A DNA stretch of 64,000 nucleotides from Candidatus Latescibacterota bacterium (GTDB lineage Bacteria; Latescibacterota; UBA2968; UBA8231). The notes below the pieces were generated by a model that saw only the letters and a program-made list of their open reading frames with translations, was not told the origin of the DNA and ran no database searches. Shown one piece after another: positions 38,628-48,839 of the stretch. Position numbers and translations under genes: made by a program. The stretch spans positions 2,176,001 through 2,240,000 of the forward strand of contig OZ244561.1 of the NCBI GenBank assembly GCA_965217585.1, given 5' to 3'. How positions within the stretch are numbered: the first letter of the stretch is position 1; each line of letters opens with the position of its first letter.

Positions 38628-40685
38628 TTAATAGGCCGCACCTGAGCGCTGTAGTTGATCTGCCCGGGCACGAGCTAGGCGGGCCTGTTCCGTTTGCCCC
38701 ATTTTCTCGTAGAGGACACCTAAATTGCGATGGGCTGTGATCGATTGGGCATCGTATTTGATGACCTGGAGTAGGGACCTTTCCGCTGCCTCGTAGGAGC
38801 CCTGCTGCATATAGAGTACGCCCAAGTTCCGATGGGCAGGGACAAAGTCGGGCTCGATCCGGATGGCTTGTTCGAGGGCGTGGATTTGTTCATCTGCCAG
38901 ATCCAGATTGGAAAAGGCGTGGGAGAGACCGTAATAGGTCTGGGCACTCTCTCTGCTGTGCAGCGCCCGTTCAAAGGCCTGGCGAGATTGTTGAAAGTCT
39001 TTTTGGAACAAGAAGACATAGCCCAGGTTGTGGTACGCCGGGTGGGCATTGGCTGGCCGGGGATCGTGTTTTAGGCTTTGCTCCAAGGCGTGCCGCGCTT
39101 GCTCCAAACGTCGTTGACTCAGGTAGAGTTTGCCCAAATTGAGCCAGGGTTTGGCGTGATCTGGGACTAGCTCTACTGCTCGCAAGAAGGCCGCTTCGGC
39201 TTCGTCAAATTTGCCCAGGTACTGGTAGGCCACGCCCAAGCTGTTGTAGAGGTCGGAGTCGTCGGGAAATTGCTCTAGCCCGTGCGTATAGGTCTGTACG
39301 GCTTGGTGGTAGTGCTGGTTGCGCAATTGAGTATGGCCCAACAGCCAAGGGGAGCGCAAATGGTCCACTTGCCGGGCATCCACCCCCGTATGCACTAGGG
39401 CGAAGGCAGCTACCAGAAGCAGCAGAAAAACGCCCAGGCGTGGAGCGGCTCGGGCGTCCAGCAGTTCTTTCAGACGCCAGATTCCAGCAGCGGCGAAGAC
39501 CAGTAAAAAGGGCAGGGCGGGCAAGCGGTAGCGAGCGCATACCGAGAATAAGAGCCCGGTGGATAGGTAGGCTACAACGAAGAGGAGCGGCAGGATATAG
39601 GCGGAGGTCCAGCGCCAATGCCACAATATGCCGACTAGGGCAAAGGGCACCACTAGGCCAAAGTTGAGCAAAAAAAGTCGGTAGTGTGGAAAGTGGGTCT
39701 CGTAGTAGCGCAGGTCCGCACTTACTGGGATTTCAAAAGCGTTCCAGAAGAGCCGAAATTTGCGATAGAGCAGATGGAGATAGGCCAGAGGATCGCGGTA
39801 AATAAATCGCAGGCCTTCGGCGGTGTAAAAGGCCCCTTTTGCCGCTGGCGTGTCAAATCCTTGTTGGAGAGGCATGAGTTCGAGACGTTGAAAATGGGCT
39901 CCTTGGCGCACGTAAGGGGTGCCGTCGGCTTCGGGGTTGGTGCCCAAATAGAAGCTGAAGCCGCCTTGGAAGGGTATGGGCGTCTCTTGGACCAGATAGT
40001 TGCGCAGGAAAAAGGGAAAAAGAATGAGGAAGAAGGTCAGGGAAAAGGTTAGCACCAAGGTACCCCGGTGCTTGGGAAGGCCACCGGCGCTCTGGTAGAT
40101 CCACCCCAAGAGCAAGGGCAACAGCAGCAGGGTGTTGCTGCGTCCCATGACTAGCAAGCCCAGCAGAATTCCGGCACCGCCTGCGCTACGGTAGGTCAGA
40201 TTGGGCGCATAGTGCAGGAGCAGGACCGCCAAGCCCAATTCGACGAGAATGACCAATGTAGTAGCCAAGAGTTGGCCGTTGTAAAAGACGAAGGGCCAGT
40301 ACCCGGCCGCCAGCAGACCGGCGATCAAGGGGATGGGATGGGGAAAAAGGTAGCTGGCTACGCGGTAGAGCAGGACGCAGATAAGCGCGCCCAGCACGGC
40401 CTGGAACAGGAGAATGCCCAAATGGTCGAAGCCGATTCCTTTGAGCAGGGCGAGTAGGTACGGGTAGAGGGGACCATGCACGTACATGTCCACTGCCGGG
40501 TCGAGGAGCCAGTTTCCCTGCAGGATTTGGGTGGCCAAGTGATCGTATTCAAAGGCGTCTATGACAAGAGTGTGGAAATAGGGGGCGTCGCGTATGGCAG
40601 CTAGGTAGGATAGACGCAATACCAAAGCCAGCAAGAAAATGGCTAGAACCTGAAATCTGGTGGAATGAATGATAATTTGGAGCAT
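38628..40685 (-). CDS. GT-C (ArnT/PMT-like) membrane glycosyltransferase with C-terminal TPRs
   Basis: 'GPLYPYLLA', about 12 TMs, 'FYLGTNP', 'ARYRLPALP', multiple TPRs. Confidence 0.85.
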   Translation of the reverse strand: MLQIIIHSTRFQVLAIFLLALVLRLSYLAAIRDAPYFHTLVIDAFEYDHLATQILQGNWLLDPAVDMYVHGPLYPYLLALLKGIGFDHLGILLFQAVLGALICVLLYRVASYLFPHPIPLIAGLLAAGYWPFVFYNGQLLATTLVILVELGLAVLLLHYAPNLTYRSAGGAGILLGLLVMGRSNTLLLLPLLLGWIYQSAGGLPKHRGTLVLTFSLTFFLILFPFFLRNYLVQETPIPFQGGFSFYLGTNPEADGTPYVRQGAHFQRLELMPLQQGFDTPAAKGAFYTAEGLRFIYRDPLAYLHLLYRKFRLFWNAFEIPVSADLRYYETHFPHYRLFLLNFGLVVPFALVGILWHWRWTSAYILPLLFVVAYLSTGLLFSVCARYRLPALPFLLVFAAAGIWRLKELLDARAAPRLGVFLLLLVAAFALVHTGVDARQVDHLRSPWLLGHTQLRNQHYHQAVQTYTHGLEQFPDDSDLYNSLGVAYQYLGKFDEAEAAFLRAVELVPDHAKPWLNLGKLYLSQRRLEQARHALEQSLKHDPRPANAHPAYHNLGYVFLFQKDFQQSRQAFERALHSRESAQTYYGLSHAFSNLDLADEQIHALEQAIRIEPDFVPAHRNLGVLYMQQGSYEAAERSLLQVIKYDAQSITAHRNLGVLYEKMGQTEQARLARARADQLQRSGAAY

Positions 40686-40743
40686 TACGCCAAGGGTGAA
40701 TCAATCTGGACAGTAGATAGCGGGGGTGAGTTGACATATAAAA

Positions 40744-40786
40744 AAGCTCCTGTTTCCCACCCGTAAATGGCGCGAAACAGGAGCTT
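40744..40786 (-). terminator. Rho-independent terminator
   Basis: 13-bp stem AAGCTCCTGTTTC/GAAACAGGAGCTT followed by a T-run on the minus strand. Confidence 0.7.
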
Positions 40787-40839
40787 AGTAAAACCCGGGC
40801 AGCCTGCCCAGGAGACTTGCAACGGCTAAACCGAGACCC

Positions 40840-41745
40840 TTAGCGGTCGAAACCGGCCTTGATATGCCCCCAGCTGGTCTCTGCAATAGCAGTAACAGCA
40901 GCAGACAGGTCTTCTACTGCGGGCTCGACAGGTGCCATTACGAAGTCGTTAACGCCCTTACAGCAACTCTCTGGCGACAAAGACCAGAAGCCATTGTAGG
41001 CGTGGTTTGCCTGTTCGACGTCGATATCACCCATGGTTACCGACATATGGATGATTTCTTCCTCTTCCAGGTCGTGGATAGACGAGTTGTCCGGGGTAGC
41101 ACCTTCTCGGGGAAGGGCATCGATCGGAATGAGGCGAATCTCGTAAAAGTAAGTCGATTCACCGAATTGTTCACCGGTGAAAGACCAGCTCATGTCGACG
41201 AATTCGGTATCATCCGACAACCAAGCTAGATCGCCGATGGGCTCAATCGACTGATAAACCCCATCCGACGGGGGTACGACCCACTTGTAGCTGATGTTAT
41301 TGACGGGATTCCCTTCGAGGTTCTGCTCTTCACTGGCAGAATGATCTGGGTTGATTTCTATTTCCCAGTTGTCATCGAGACAGTGACAATCCCCAAAGGC
41401 ACGGTCGATGTTGTGGATATTGTCGAAAATTTGGCTGGCAAGGTAAATCATATTGGAATTTTCATTCCAGCCAAACCGGTGCCGGACATTGGCATCGGAG
41501 ATATCGATTTCACCACGGGCCGCCTGCTGGAACTGGGCGGGGTCAAAAAGTCGATCGTTAAAGATCGAATAAGGCGATTCGGGCAGGATGTCCCAATCGC
41601 TGTGTTCCCCGTCTATGGTGGGAACTAGGTTATCGGGAAATTGTGCAGCAAAAAATATCTCGCCTGGTGGCAAATGTGCACTTGCCATCGAAACGGTCCC
41701 AAAGACGAGAAAGACGCTGCATAATATAGCTATCTTTCTTTTCAT
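40840..41745 (-). CDS. Secreted acidic protein (DOMON/CBM9-like) with C-terminal SWGxIK motif
   Basis: Signal peptide (ASA), 'PTIDG..SDW', CxC and CC motifs, ends TAIAETSWGHIKAGFDR. Confidence 0.65.
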   Translation of the reverse strand: MKRKIAILCSVFLVFGTVSMASAHLPPGEIFFAAQFPDNLVPTIDGEHSDWDILPESPYSIFNDRLFDPAQFQQAARGEIDISDANVRHRFGWNENSNMIYLASQIFDNIHNIDRAFGDCHCLDDNWEIEINPDHSASEEQNLEGNPVNNISYKWVVPPSDGVYQSIEPIGDLAWLSDDTEFVDMSWSFTGEQFGESTYFYEIRLIPIDALPREGATPDNSSIHDLEEEEIIHMSVTMGDIDVEQANHAYNGFWSLSPESCCKGVNDFVMAPVEPAVEDLSAAVTAIAETSWGHIKAGFDR

Positions 41746-41959
41746 CTTCTCTCGAACCTTTCAGTTAGAGGTAGAACAATTCTTGATGAGACAGGGGAAT
41801 AGAAATCAACCCCTATCAAACTCCATTCAAGCCCGATCCTTGTCCTACATTCTCCTCCTTTCTACTTCAAAGGACCACTGGAAAAGTGCCATAATTAAAT
41901 ACTAAAGGGATAAAGTTGTCAAGATAATTGTGCAGTTCATAAGGTTGCGAAGATTAACT

Positions 41960-42055
41960 AACCAATGGTGCTAGTCAATTGACCGTGATCTAGGTAGTTT
42001 CTACGCAAATTGTCCATCGCTGAGTTCAGCTTGTAAACCACTAGCACCATTGGTT
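41960..42055. repeat. 16-bp perfect inverted repeat bounding a 96-bp element (MITE-like)
   Basis: AACCAATGGTGCTAGT (41960-41975) / ACTAGCACCATTGGTT (42040-42055). Confidence 0.75.
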
Positions 42056-42110
42056 GTTATAAAAGCAACGCTGAGCGTTTAGAAACAAAATCCCTTTCAT
42101 GTTTTCGGTT

Positions 42111-44276
42111 TCAATAGGCGACGGCAAAGACACCCTGTTGGGTGTGTTGCTCCTCGGAATCGAGGGTCAATTCGTAGATATAGGTGCCGGGTTGGACCAA
42201 GGCGTCCTGCCTATTGCGGCCGTTCCACTGCTGGACAAAGACACCGCTGCGGGCCTTGAACACCGGTAGATGCGCCACCAGTCGGCCCGCTAAGTCGTAG
42301 ATGCGCACCTGCACCGGCCGGTCGGCGGTGACCTCGCGCAGCTTGTAGGTGATGGTCAAGGTCTCGTTGATCCCGTCGCCGTTGGGCGTGAACATCTGGG
42401 GCACAGCCACATCCACCAGCAGATCACCCCCCACTGGCGTGTTGACCGCCAGCAAGTCGCCAGCAAAGCGGAACGTGGCGTTGCCCGGATCGATGCGCTG
42501 CCGGATCTGATCGGGATCCGTGCTGCTGAACACCCAACCGCTGAACTCGGTGCCAAAGCGCAGCACCGGCACGTCGAAGTCGACCTCGACCTGCTTGAAG
42601 CTGTCGGCGCTGCCGGTCAGCGGCGGGAAGGACACGATGAGGCGATCATCGAGCAGATGCGGGACGAACTGGTCTAAGTCCACTGGCTGCCCATCAAGGC
42701 GCACCGAACGCACCGCGTGCGCTTGGACATGGGTGAGGATTTCCAAGCGGTCAAAGCCGGCATTGTCGTCTATGAGGGTGGGCAGAACCACATAGGTAAA
42801 GGGCGTCGGTTCAAAGGAGGCGACCTCGATAGGCCAGATCTCACCGACGAGGGCCTGCGCCGACAGGGTCTCGCTCAACTGCAGGGTGAGTTGATCGAGG
42901 CGGGGTGCCACATGGAAGTCGGCAAAGAACTTGATGGCGATTTGGATGTAGCGGCTGGGGCCGGGCGACAGCAGCAGGATGCCGTCCTGCCAAGTGCTGG
43001 CTGGCTGGTTGGGGTTGCGCTGGCCAGCGGCAAAGTCATAGGGCGGCGACCAGAAGCTCCAGTGGGCGGCATCGTAGGTGGGGAGCAGTTGAGCGGCTCG
43101 GTCGATTTTGTCGTATTGGGCACGGGTGATGGATACGAGGTCGTCGTTGATATTGGGTGCGAAGTAGAGTTGCGGATCGGGGGTGTGGCCGGTGCGGGTG
43201 CGGATTTCGATGCGGGTGCCGGCGGGCATCTCACCTTCCCAGCGGATTTTGCCCCAGGTGACGGCTTGGCCGAAGTCGAGGATGGGGGTGAGGTAGGTGG
43301 TCTCGGAAACGTAGCCGTCGCCGTAGATTTCGAATTCGGCGATTTCATAGTCGCGCAGGGGGAAGGTGCGCAGCGTGAGCCAGCGGGTGGAGCGAGAGGG
43401 AAAGCGCAGGTCGACGACGGGGTTGAGGTTTTCGCGGGTAGATTCCAGCACCGTCAGCAGTGGATCGCCGTTGCGCACCCACCGCAAGTCGCCCAAGACG
43501 GTGCGCCGTTTGCTCGTCGCCACACCGCTGGACCCCCCCGCTCTACACTCGCTGCAAGTGAGACTACCACTACCGCTGCAGGGGTCCGGGGCAAAGACGA
43601 CCGAGTTATCACCGGTGCGGATCTCATACCAAGCGAGGAAATTGTCGAGGAAGCTGTCTTCGCCAAAGCTCTCCACCTCCGGCGTGGGCACGTCCATAGT
43701 CTGGATCAACTGGTGATCCTCCCTTTGGCTCAGGCGGGGATAGAAGCGGATGCGGTTGATCGGCACACCAGCACCAAAATCGAAGACCACGGAATTGGTC
43801 CAGGTATAGCCCACGCCCGGCGGCGAGCCGACCCGTTGGACAAAGGTGCGGAAGGTGGCCGTGGTCGGATCGCCATCCAGCATTAGCTTGATCGAAGGTT
43901 GAAAATTGCCCCAAAAAATACAGTGATCCGTGCTGAGAACCCTGGAGCCGGGGATATAGGGCAGAGGAATGGTAGTCTTCCCGGCATTGACATTGGCCCG
44001 AGCGATATTGACGCTCGGGTCAATGAGCCGGGGTTGGATCGAGGTGCCGGAAAAGTCGATCAAGGTATCGGCCCCCACGCCAAAGGGCGAAACCTCCACC
44101 GATACTTGGCGCTCAACTTGGCCGTCGGCAGCAAAGGCCTGATAGGTGCTTTCTCCGGCCAGGATGGCCTGCCAGGGGTTGCCATCGGTCCCACCTAGGC
44201 GGTATTCCGTCCCCCCCAACACGGGCACAGCACCGAGCAAGACGCTGCAAAAACAGAGCAACACGATGCCTGCCAT
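42111..44276 (-). CDS. Secreted discoidin-like/beta-sandwich protein with FlgD-Ig C-terminal domain (duplicate copy B)
   Basis: Signal peptide; 'LDGDPTT', 'INRIRFYPR', 'IAEFEIYG'; 'FTPNGDGIN...IYDLAGR..W.G......PG.Y.Y'; ends VAY. Confidence 0.8.
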   Translation of the reverse strand: MAGIVLLCFCSVLLGAVPVLGGTEYRLGGTDGNPWQAILAGESTYQAFAADGQVERQVSVEVSPFGVGADTLIDFSGTSIQPRLIDPSVNIARANVNAGKTTIPLPYIPGSRVLSTDHCIFWGNFQPSIKLMLDGDPTTATFRTFVQRVGSPPGVGYTWTNSVVFDFGAGVPINRIRFYPRLSQREDHQLIQTMDVPTPEVESFGEDSFLDNFLAWYEIRTGDNSVVFAPDPCSGSGSLTCSECRAGGSSGVATSKRRTVLGDLRWVRNGDPLLTVLESTRENLNPVVDLRFPSRSTRWLTLRTFPLRDYEIAEFEIYGDGYVSETTYLTPILDFGQAVTWGKIRWEGEMPAGTRIEIRTRTGHTPDPQLYFAPNINDDLVSITRAQYDKIDRAAQLLPTYDAAHWSFWSPPYDFAAGQRNPNQPASTWQDGILLLSPGPSRYIQIAIKFFADFHVAPRLDQLTLQLSETLSAQALVGEIWPIEVASFEPTPFTYVVLPTLIDDNAGFDRLEILTHVQAHAVRSVRLDGQPVDLDQFVPHLLDDRLIVSFPPLTGSADSFKQVEVDFDVPVLRFGTEFSGWVFSSTDPDQIRQRIDPGNATFRFAGDLLAVNTPVGGDLLVDVAVPQMFTPNGDGINETLTITYKLREVTADRPVQVRIYDLAGRLVAHLPVFKARSGVFVQQWNGRNRQDALVQPGTYIYELTLDSEEQHTQQGVFAVAY

Positions 44277-44388
44277 AACTCCCTCCTTGCTGGTTCACCA
44301 ATACGAGTGTGCAGTTCAAGGGTTGCGAAGAGTAAGTATACACCCAAGCTCAGCGTTTAGAAACAAAATTTCTTCCACGCTTCCAGTT

Positions 44389-46554
44389 TCAATAGGCGAC
44401 GGCAAAGACGCCTTGTTGGGTGTGTTGCTCCTCGGAATCGAGAGTCAATTCGTAGATATAGGTGCCGGGCTGAACCAAGGCGTCCTGCCCGTCGTGGCCA
44501 TTCCACTGCTGGATAAAGACACCGCTGCGGGCCTTGAACACCGGTAGATGCGCCACCAGTCGGCCCGCCAAGTCGTAGATGCGCACCTGCACCGGCCGGT
44601 CGGCGGTGACCTCGCGCAGCTTGTAGGTGATGGTCAGGATATCGTTGATCCCGTCGCCGTTGGGCGTGAACATCTGGGGCACAGCCACATCCACCAGCAG
44701 ATCACCCCCCACCGGCGTGTTGACCGCCAGCAAGTTGCCAGCAAAGCGGAACGTGGCGTTGCCCGGATCGATGCGCTGCCGGATCTGATCGGGATCCGTG
44801 CTGCTGAACACCCAACCGCTGAACTCGGTGCCGAAACGCAGCACCGGCACGTCGAAGTCGACCTCGACCTGCTTGAAGCTGTCGGCGCTGCCGGTCAGCG
44901 GCGGGAAGGACACGATGAGGCGATCATCGAGCAGATGCGGGACGAACTGGTCTAAGTCCACTGGCTGCCCATCAAGGCGCACCGAACGCACCGCGTGCGC
45001 CCGGACATGGGTGAGGATTTCCAAGCGGTCAAAGCCAGCATTGTCGTCGCTGAGGGTGGGCAGGACCACATAGGTAAAGGGCGTCGGTTCAAAGGAGGCG
45101 ACCTCGATAGGCCAGATCTCACCGACGAGGGCTTGAGCCGACAGGGTCTCGCTCAATTGCAGGGTGAGTTGATCGAGGCGGGGTGCCGCATGGAAGTCGG
45201 CAAAGAGCTTGATGGCGATTTGGATGTAGCGGCTGGGGCCGGGCGACAGCAGTAGGATGCCGTCCTGCCAGGCGCGGGCGGGCTGGTTGGGGTTGCGCTG
45301 GCCGGCGGCAAACTCGTAGGGCGACGACCAGAAGCTCCAGTGGTCGGCATCATAGACGGGCAGCAGTTGGGCGGATCTGTCGATCTTGTCGTATTGGGTG
45401 CGGGTGATGGGTACGAGTTCGTCGTTGATATTGGGGGCGAAGTAGAGCTGGGGATCGGGGGTGTGGCCGGTGCGGGTGCGAATCTCGATGCGGGTGCCGT
45501 CGAGCACCTCTCCTTCCCAGCGGATTTTGCCCCAGGTGACGGCTTGGCCGAAGTCGAGGATGGGGGAGAGGTAGGTCGTCTCGTGGACATAGCCGTCGCC
45601 GTAGATTTCGAATTCGGCGATTTCATAGTCGCGCAGGGGGAAGGTGCGCAGCGTGAGCCAGCGGGTGGAGCGGGTGGGAAAGCGCAGGTCGACGACGGGA
45701 TCGAGGTTTTCGCGAGTGGATTCCAGCACCGTCAGCAGTGGATCGCCATTGCGCACCCATCGCAAGTCGCCCAAGACGGTGCGCCGTTTGCTCGTCGCTA
45801 CATCGCTGGAAATCCCCGCTCTACACACGCTGCAGGTGAGACTACCACTACCGCTGCAGGGGTCCGGGGCAAAGACGACCGAATTGTCGCCGGTGCGGAT
45901 CTCATACCAAGCGAGGAAGTTGGCCAAGAAGCTGTCTTCGCCAAAGCTCTCCACCTCCGGCATGGGCACGTCCATAGTCTGGATCAACTGGTGATCCTCC
46001 CTTTGGCTCAGGCGGGGATAGAAGCGGATGCGGTTGATCGGCACACCAGCACCAAAATCGAAGACCACGGAATTGGTCCAGGTATAGCCCACGCCCGGCG
46101 GCGAGCCGACCCGTTGGACAAAGGTGCGGAAGGCGGCTGTAGTCGGATCACCGTCCAGCATTAGCTTGATCGAAGGTTGAAAATTGCCCCAAGCAATACA
46201 GTGATCCGTGCTGAGGACTCTGGAGCCGGGGATATAGGGCAAGGGAATGCTGGTCCTGCCGGCATTGACATCGGCCCGGGCGATATTGACGCTGGGGTCA
46301 ATGAGCCGAGGTTGGATCGAGGTGCCGGAAAAGTCGATCAGGGTATCAGCCCCCGCGCCAAAGGGCGAGAGCCCTACCGATACTTGGCGCTCGACTTGGC
46401 CGTCGGCAGCAAAAGCCTGGTAGACGCTTTCCCCGGCTAGGATGGCCTGCCAGGGATTGCCATCGGTCCCACCTAAGCGGTATTCCGTCCCCCCCAACAC
46501 GGGCGCAGCACCGAGCAAGACGCCGCAAAAACAGAGCAATATTATGCCTGCCAT
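44389..46554 (-). CDS. Same family, tandem duplicate copy A
   Basis: 721 aa, about 45 substitutions versus 42111-44276 by manual count (~94% identical); period 2278 bp. Confidence 0.8.
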   Translation of the reverse strand: MAGIILLCFCGVLLGAAPVLGGTEYRLGGTDGNPWQAILAGESVYQAFAADGQVERQVSVGLSPFGAGADTLIDFSGTSIQPRLIDPSVNIARADVNAGRTSIPLPYIPGSRVLSTDHCIAWGNFQPSIKLMLDGDPTTAAFRTFVQRVGSPPGVGYTWTNSVVFDFGAGVPINRIRFYPRLSQREDHQLIQTMDVPMPEVESFGEDSFLANFLAWYEIRTGDNSVVFAPDPCSGSGSLTCSVCRAGISSDVATSKRRTVLGDLRWVRNGDPLLTVLESTRENLDPVVDLRFPTRSTRWLTLRTFPLRDYEIAEFEIYGDGYVHETTYLSPILDFGQAVTWGKIRWEGEVLDGTRIEIRTRTGHTPDPQLYFAPNINDELVPITRTQYDKIDRSAQLLPVYDADHWSFWSSPYEFAAGQRNPNQPARAWQDGILLLSPGPSRYIQIAIKLFADFHAAPRLDQLTLQLSETLSAQALVGEIWPIEVASFEPTPFTYVVLPTLSDDNAGFDRLEILTHVRAHAVRSVRLDGQPVDLDQFVPHLLDDRLIVSFPPLTGSADSFKQVEVDFDVPVLRFGTEFSGWVFSSTDPDQIRQRIDPGNATFRFAGNLLAVNTPVGGDLLVDVAVPQMFTPNGDGINDILTITYKLREVTADRPVQVRIYDLAGRLVAHLPVFKARSGVFIQQWNGHDGQDALVQPGTYIYELTLDSEEQHTQQGVFAVAY

Positions 46555-46644
46555 AACTCGCTCCTTGTTGGTTCGGAGTAGACAATTAATAAGTAAGACC
46601 GACGATGACCAACAAGATCTTGGATTGTTTTGATTGCGGAGCGA

Positions 46645-48762
46645 TTAGTAGGCCACTCCCACAAGGTGGGCCTTTTCCTCGACCTTGGCGTCTCCCTTGA
46701 CTTTGATGTGCACGACATAGAGTCCCGGCGGCACTAGCTGCCCATGCTCATTGCGGCCGTCCCAGGTCTTGTCCGTGTACTGCCCATTGGCCTCGGGGCC
46801 GTCGTGGATGACCCGGATCTGGCGTCCGCTTAAATCGTACACCCCAATTGCCACGGGTCGGACGATACTCAGGGATAGCAGATTGTAGCTCATCCCCATC
46901 ACATCATTAGCTCCGTCTCCGTTGGGGCTAAAGATATTGGGCTCGATAAGTATCTGGTCGAGCAGTTTGGTCTTTTCGAGCACCGAGGGACTCAGCACCG
47001 TGGTACCGGATAAATCGGCCTCGTCCCCTTCACCCAACAAAACTGCATCACCCGGAATAATGGCCTGCGAGGCCCCTAATTCGGTAGATAGCTGGATCGA
47101 ACCAGTGAAGTTTGTGCTGTAGGTCAGAACTCCGGTCTGGAAGCGGAGGAGAACCACAATATTATCTTCTCTCACCGGCGGTAGACGTACCGAAAAACTG
47201 GAAGGGGATACCGAGACGATCTGGAAGCCCCCCTCAGTAGACGAATCATCTAGACCAGAAAAAGTCTGCTCAGCGATGATTTGGCCGCTGGAATCCCTCA
47301 TTTCTATCCCGTCTATGCTTTCCACTTGGCTGACTGTGGAAATCTTCACTGTATCAAAACCGAGCAAGCCGTTGGTCTGAGCCACGGTGCGCAGGGCATA
47401 GGTGAAGGACGTCCTCTGGGAAACCGGCACATCCCGGGGAAAAATTTCGCCGATAACGGCATCGGCTAGAGGGGGTGCCAGCACGTCAAAACTCAAGTTC
47501 TTGAGCACCCGCCCTGCATCCAGATCACTGCTGTTGAAAATTACTCGAAACTGAAAATAGCGCCGCGGTCCGGGTGAGGTAATGGGTGAGCCGGTCGTAT
47601 CGTTGGCTGCACTGGCGGGAAGCGGCGTGCTGAACGGACTCCAGTTGACTAGATCGTCCCGAACCGGTCCGTGCTCCCATTGGCGGCCCAATTCGTCGTC
47701 GAGCGGCAGTGCTTTGTACTCTTCCAAATCCAGTTCCTGTCCCGGGTTATTTACCGAGAGCGAAATTTCTGTGGGATTGCGCTGGCCGTAGAGCAGACGA
47801 GTAAAGACCAATGGGTTAGTATCCCTGCCTGTGCGGGTGCGAATCTGGATATTGGAAAAGGCTGGATCGCCAATTGCTTCTTCCTGCCAGCGGAGTATGC
47901 TCCACACCGCAGGCTGGCCCACATCGAAAATAGGTGAAATATACTCGGCGTTGGACAAAAAGCCCGTACCGAATACCTCGATCTCGTCGATCTCGTAGTT
48001 GACCGTGGTCGTCGCCCGCAAGCGCAGGGCCTTGACAGAGCGCGGTGGGTCCATGACTACATCAACAACTGGATTCTCGTTATCGGGTTCTAGGAGCAGT
48101 GGGTCCCAGATGAGCTTGCCTCCTTCGGTCTGACTGCCATCGTTGGTGAACAGTTCAAAGGCCCGCAAAAAATCGTTGTGGAATGGGGTGGTAGGCGATG
48201 GGAAAACCGTATTGCGGGGATAGAAGCGAACGCGATTTACCCCAAAGAGTCCCCCCAACTCGACGAATATTAGGGTTCCCAAGGCATTGTAATTCTTGCG
48301 TTCGAACGCTTTTATTTCGCCGCCATCCTTCGTTTCGATGAGTTCCTCCAAGGTGATCCGCAGGTCGTTTTTGTCAAAAATGCCGGCGGCGAAGCCGCCC
48401 AAGTCAAAGACATTGGGTGCCTCTATACCACCCCCGCGTCTCAGGGCGGTATTGGCGATATTCTCGCCATCTGGAATGCGCAGAGGATGGATACTACCGG
48501 GGAATTGGTCGCTCTCAAACTCGATCAAATTGCCGGGCGAGTTGCCCACCAGCAGTTCCACGCCCGGCACATCGTCGTTTTGGAAAAGGGATCGGTACTG
48601 AGGCTCGATAGTCTCCACCGAGGACGAACCTTCACCGCGCCAGTTGAGCGAGCCGTTCTCTCCAAGACTCACCGTCTCCAGCGCTACCGCCCAACGGCAG
48701 AGGGACAGGATACCAATCCAAATTAAGATGGCCTGTCTTGAGGATACTGTATTCTTAAGCAT
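46645..48762 (-). CDS. Secreted discoidin-like + FlgD-Ig protein (diverged paralog)
   Basis: 'VNRVRFYPR', 'IRTRTG', 'SPGPRRYFQ', 'GEIFP', 'FSPNGDG'; ends VAY. Confidence 0.8.
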   Translation of the reverse strand: MLKNTVSSRQAILIWIGILSLCRWAVALETVSLGENGSLNWRGEGSSSVETIEPQYRSLFQNDDVPGVELLVGNSPGNLIEFESDQFPGSIHPLRIPDGENIANTALRRGGGIEAPNVFDLGGFAAGIFDKNDLRITLEELIETKDGGEIKAFERKNYNALGTLIFVELGGLFGVNRVRFYPRNTVFPSPTTPFHNDFLRAFELFTNDGSQTEGGKLIWDPLLLEPDNENPVVDVVMDPPRSVKALRLRATTTVNYEIDEIEVFGTGFLSNAEYISPIFDVGQPAVWSILRWQEEAIGDPAFSNIQIRTRTGRDTNPLVFTRLLYGQRNPTEISLSVNNPGQELDLEEYKALPLDDELGRQWEHGPVRDDLVNWSPFSTPLPASAANDTTGSPITSPGPRRYFQFRVIFNSSDLDAGRVLKNLSFDVLAPPLADAVIGEIFPRDVPVSQRTSFTYALRTVAQTNGLLGFDTVKISTVSQVESIDGIEMRDSSGQIIAEQTFSGLDDSSTEGGFQIVSVSPSSFSVRLPPVREDNIVVLLRFQTGVLTYSTNFTGSIQLSTELGASQAIIPGDAVLLGEGDEADLSGTTVLSPSVLEKTKLLDQILIEPNIFSPNGDGANDVMGMSYNLLSLSIVRPVAIGVYDLSGRQIRVIHDGPEANGQYTDKTWDGRNEHGQLVPPGLYVVHIKVKGDAKVEEKAHLVGVAY

Positions 48763-48839
48763 GACGTCTCCTCAGCGACGTTTGGAACTGAGTGGCCGAA
48801 TGCTGAACTATGCGCGAAATAGTTTCGAATGTCAATGGG

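Noticed and set aside
42717-43886. Long antisense ORFs (also 45340-46164, 35758-36702, 6193-7023, 1671-2507)
   Set aside because: Shadow frames of GC-rich genes with no recognisable motifs.
42111-46554. Diversity-generating retroelement TR/VR pair
   Set aside because: Whole-gene duplication, substitutions are not adenine-specific, and there is no reverse transcriptase in the window.
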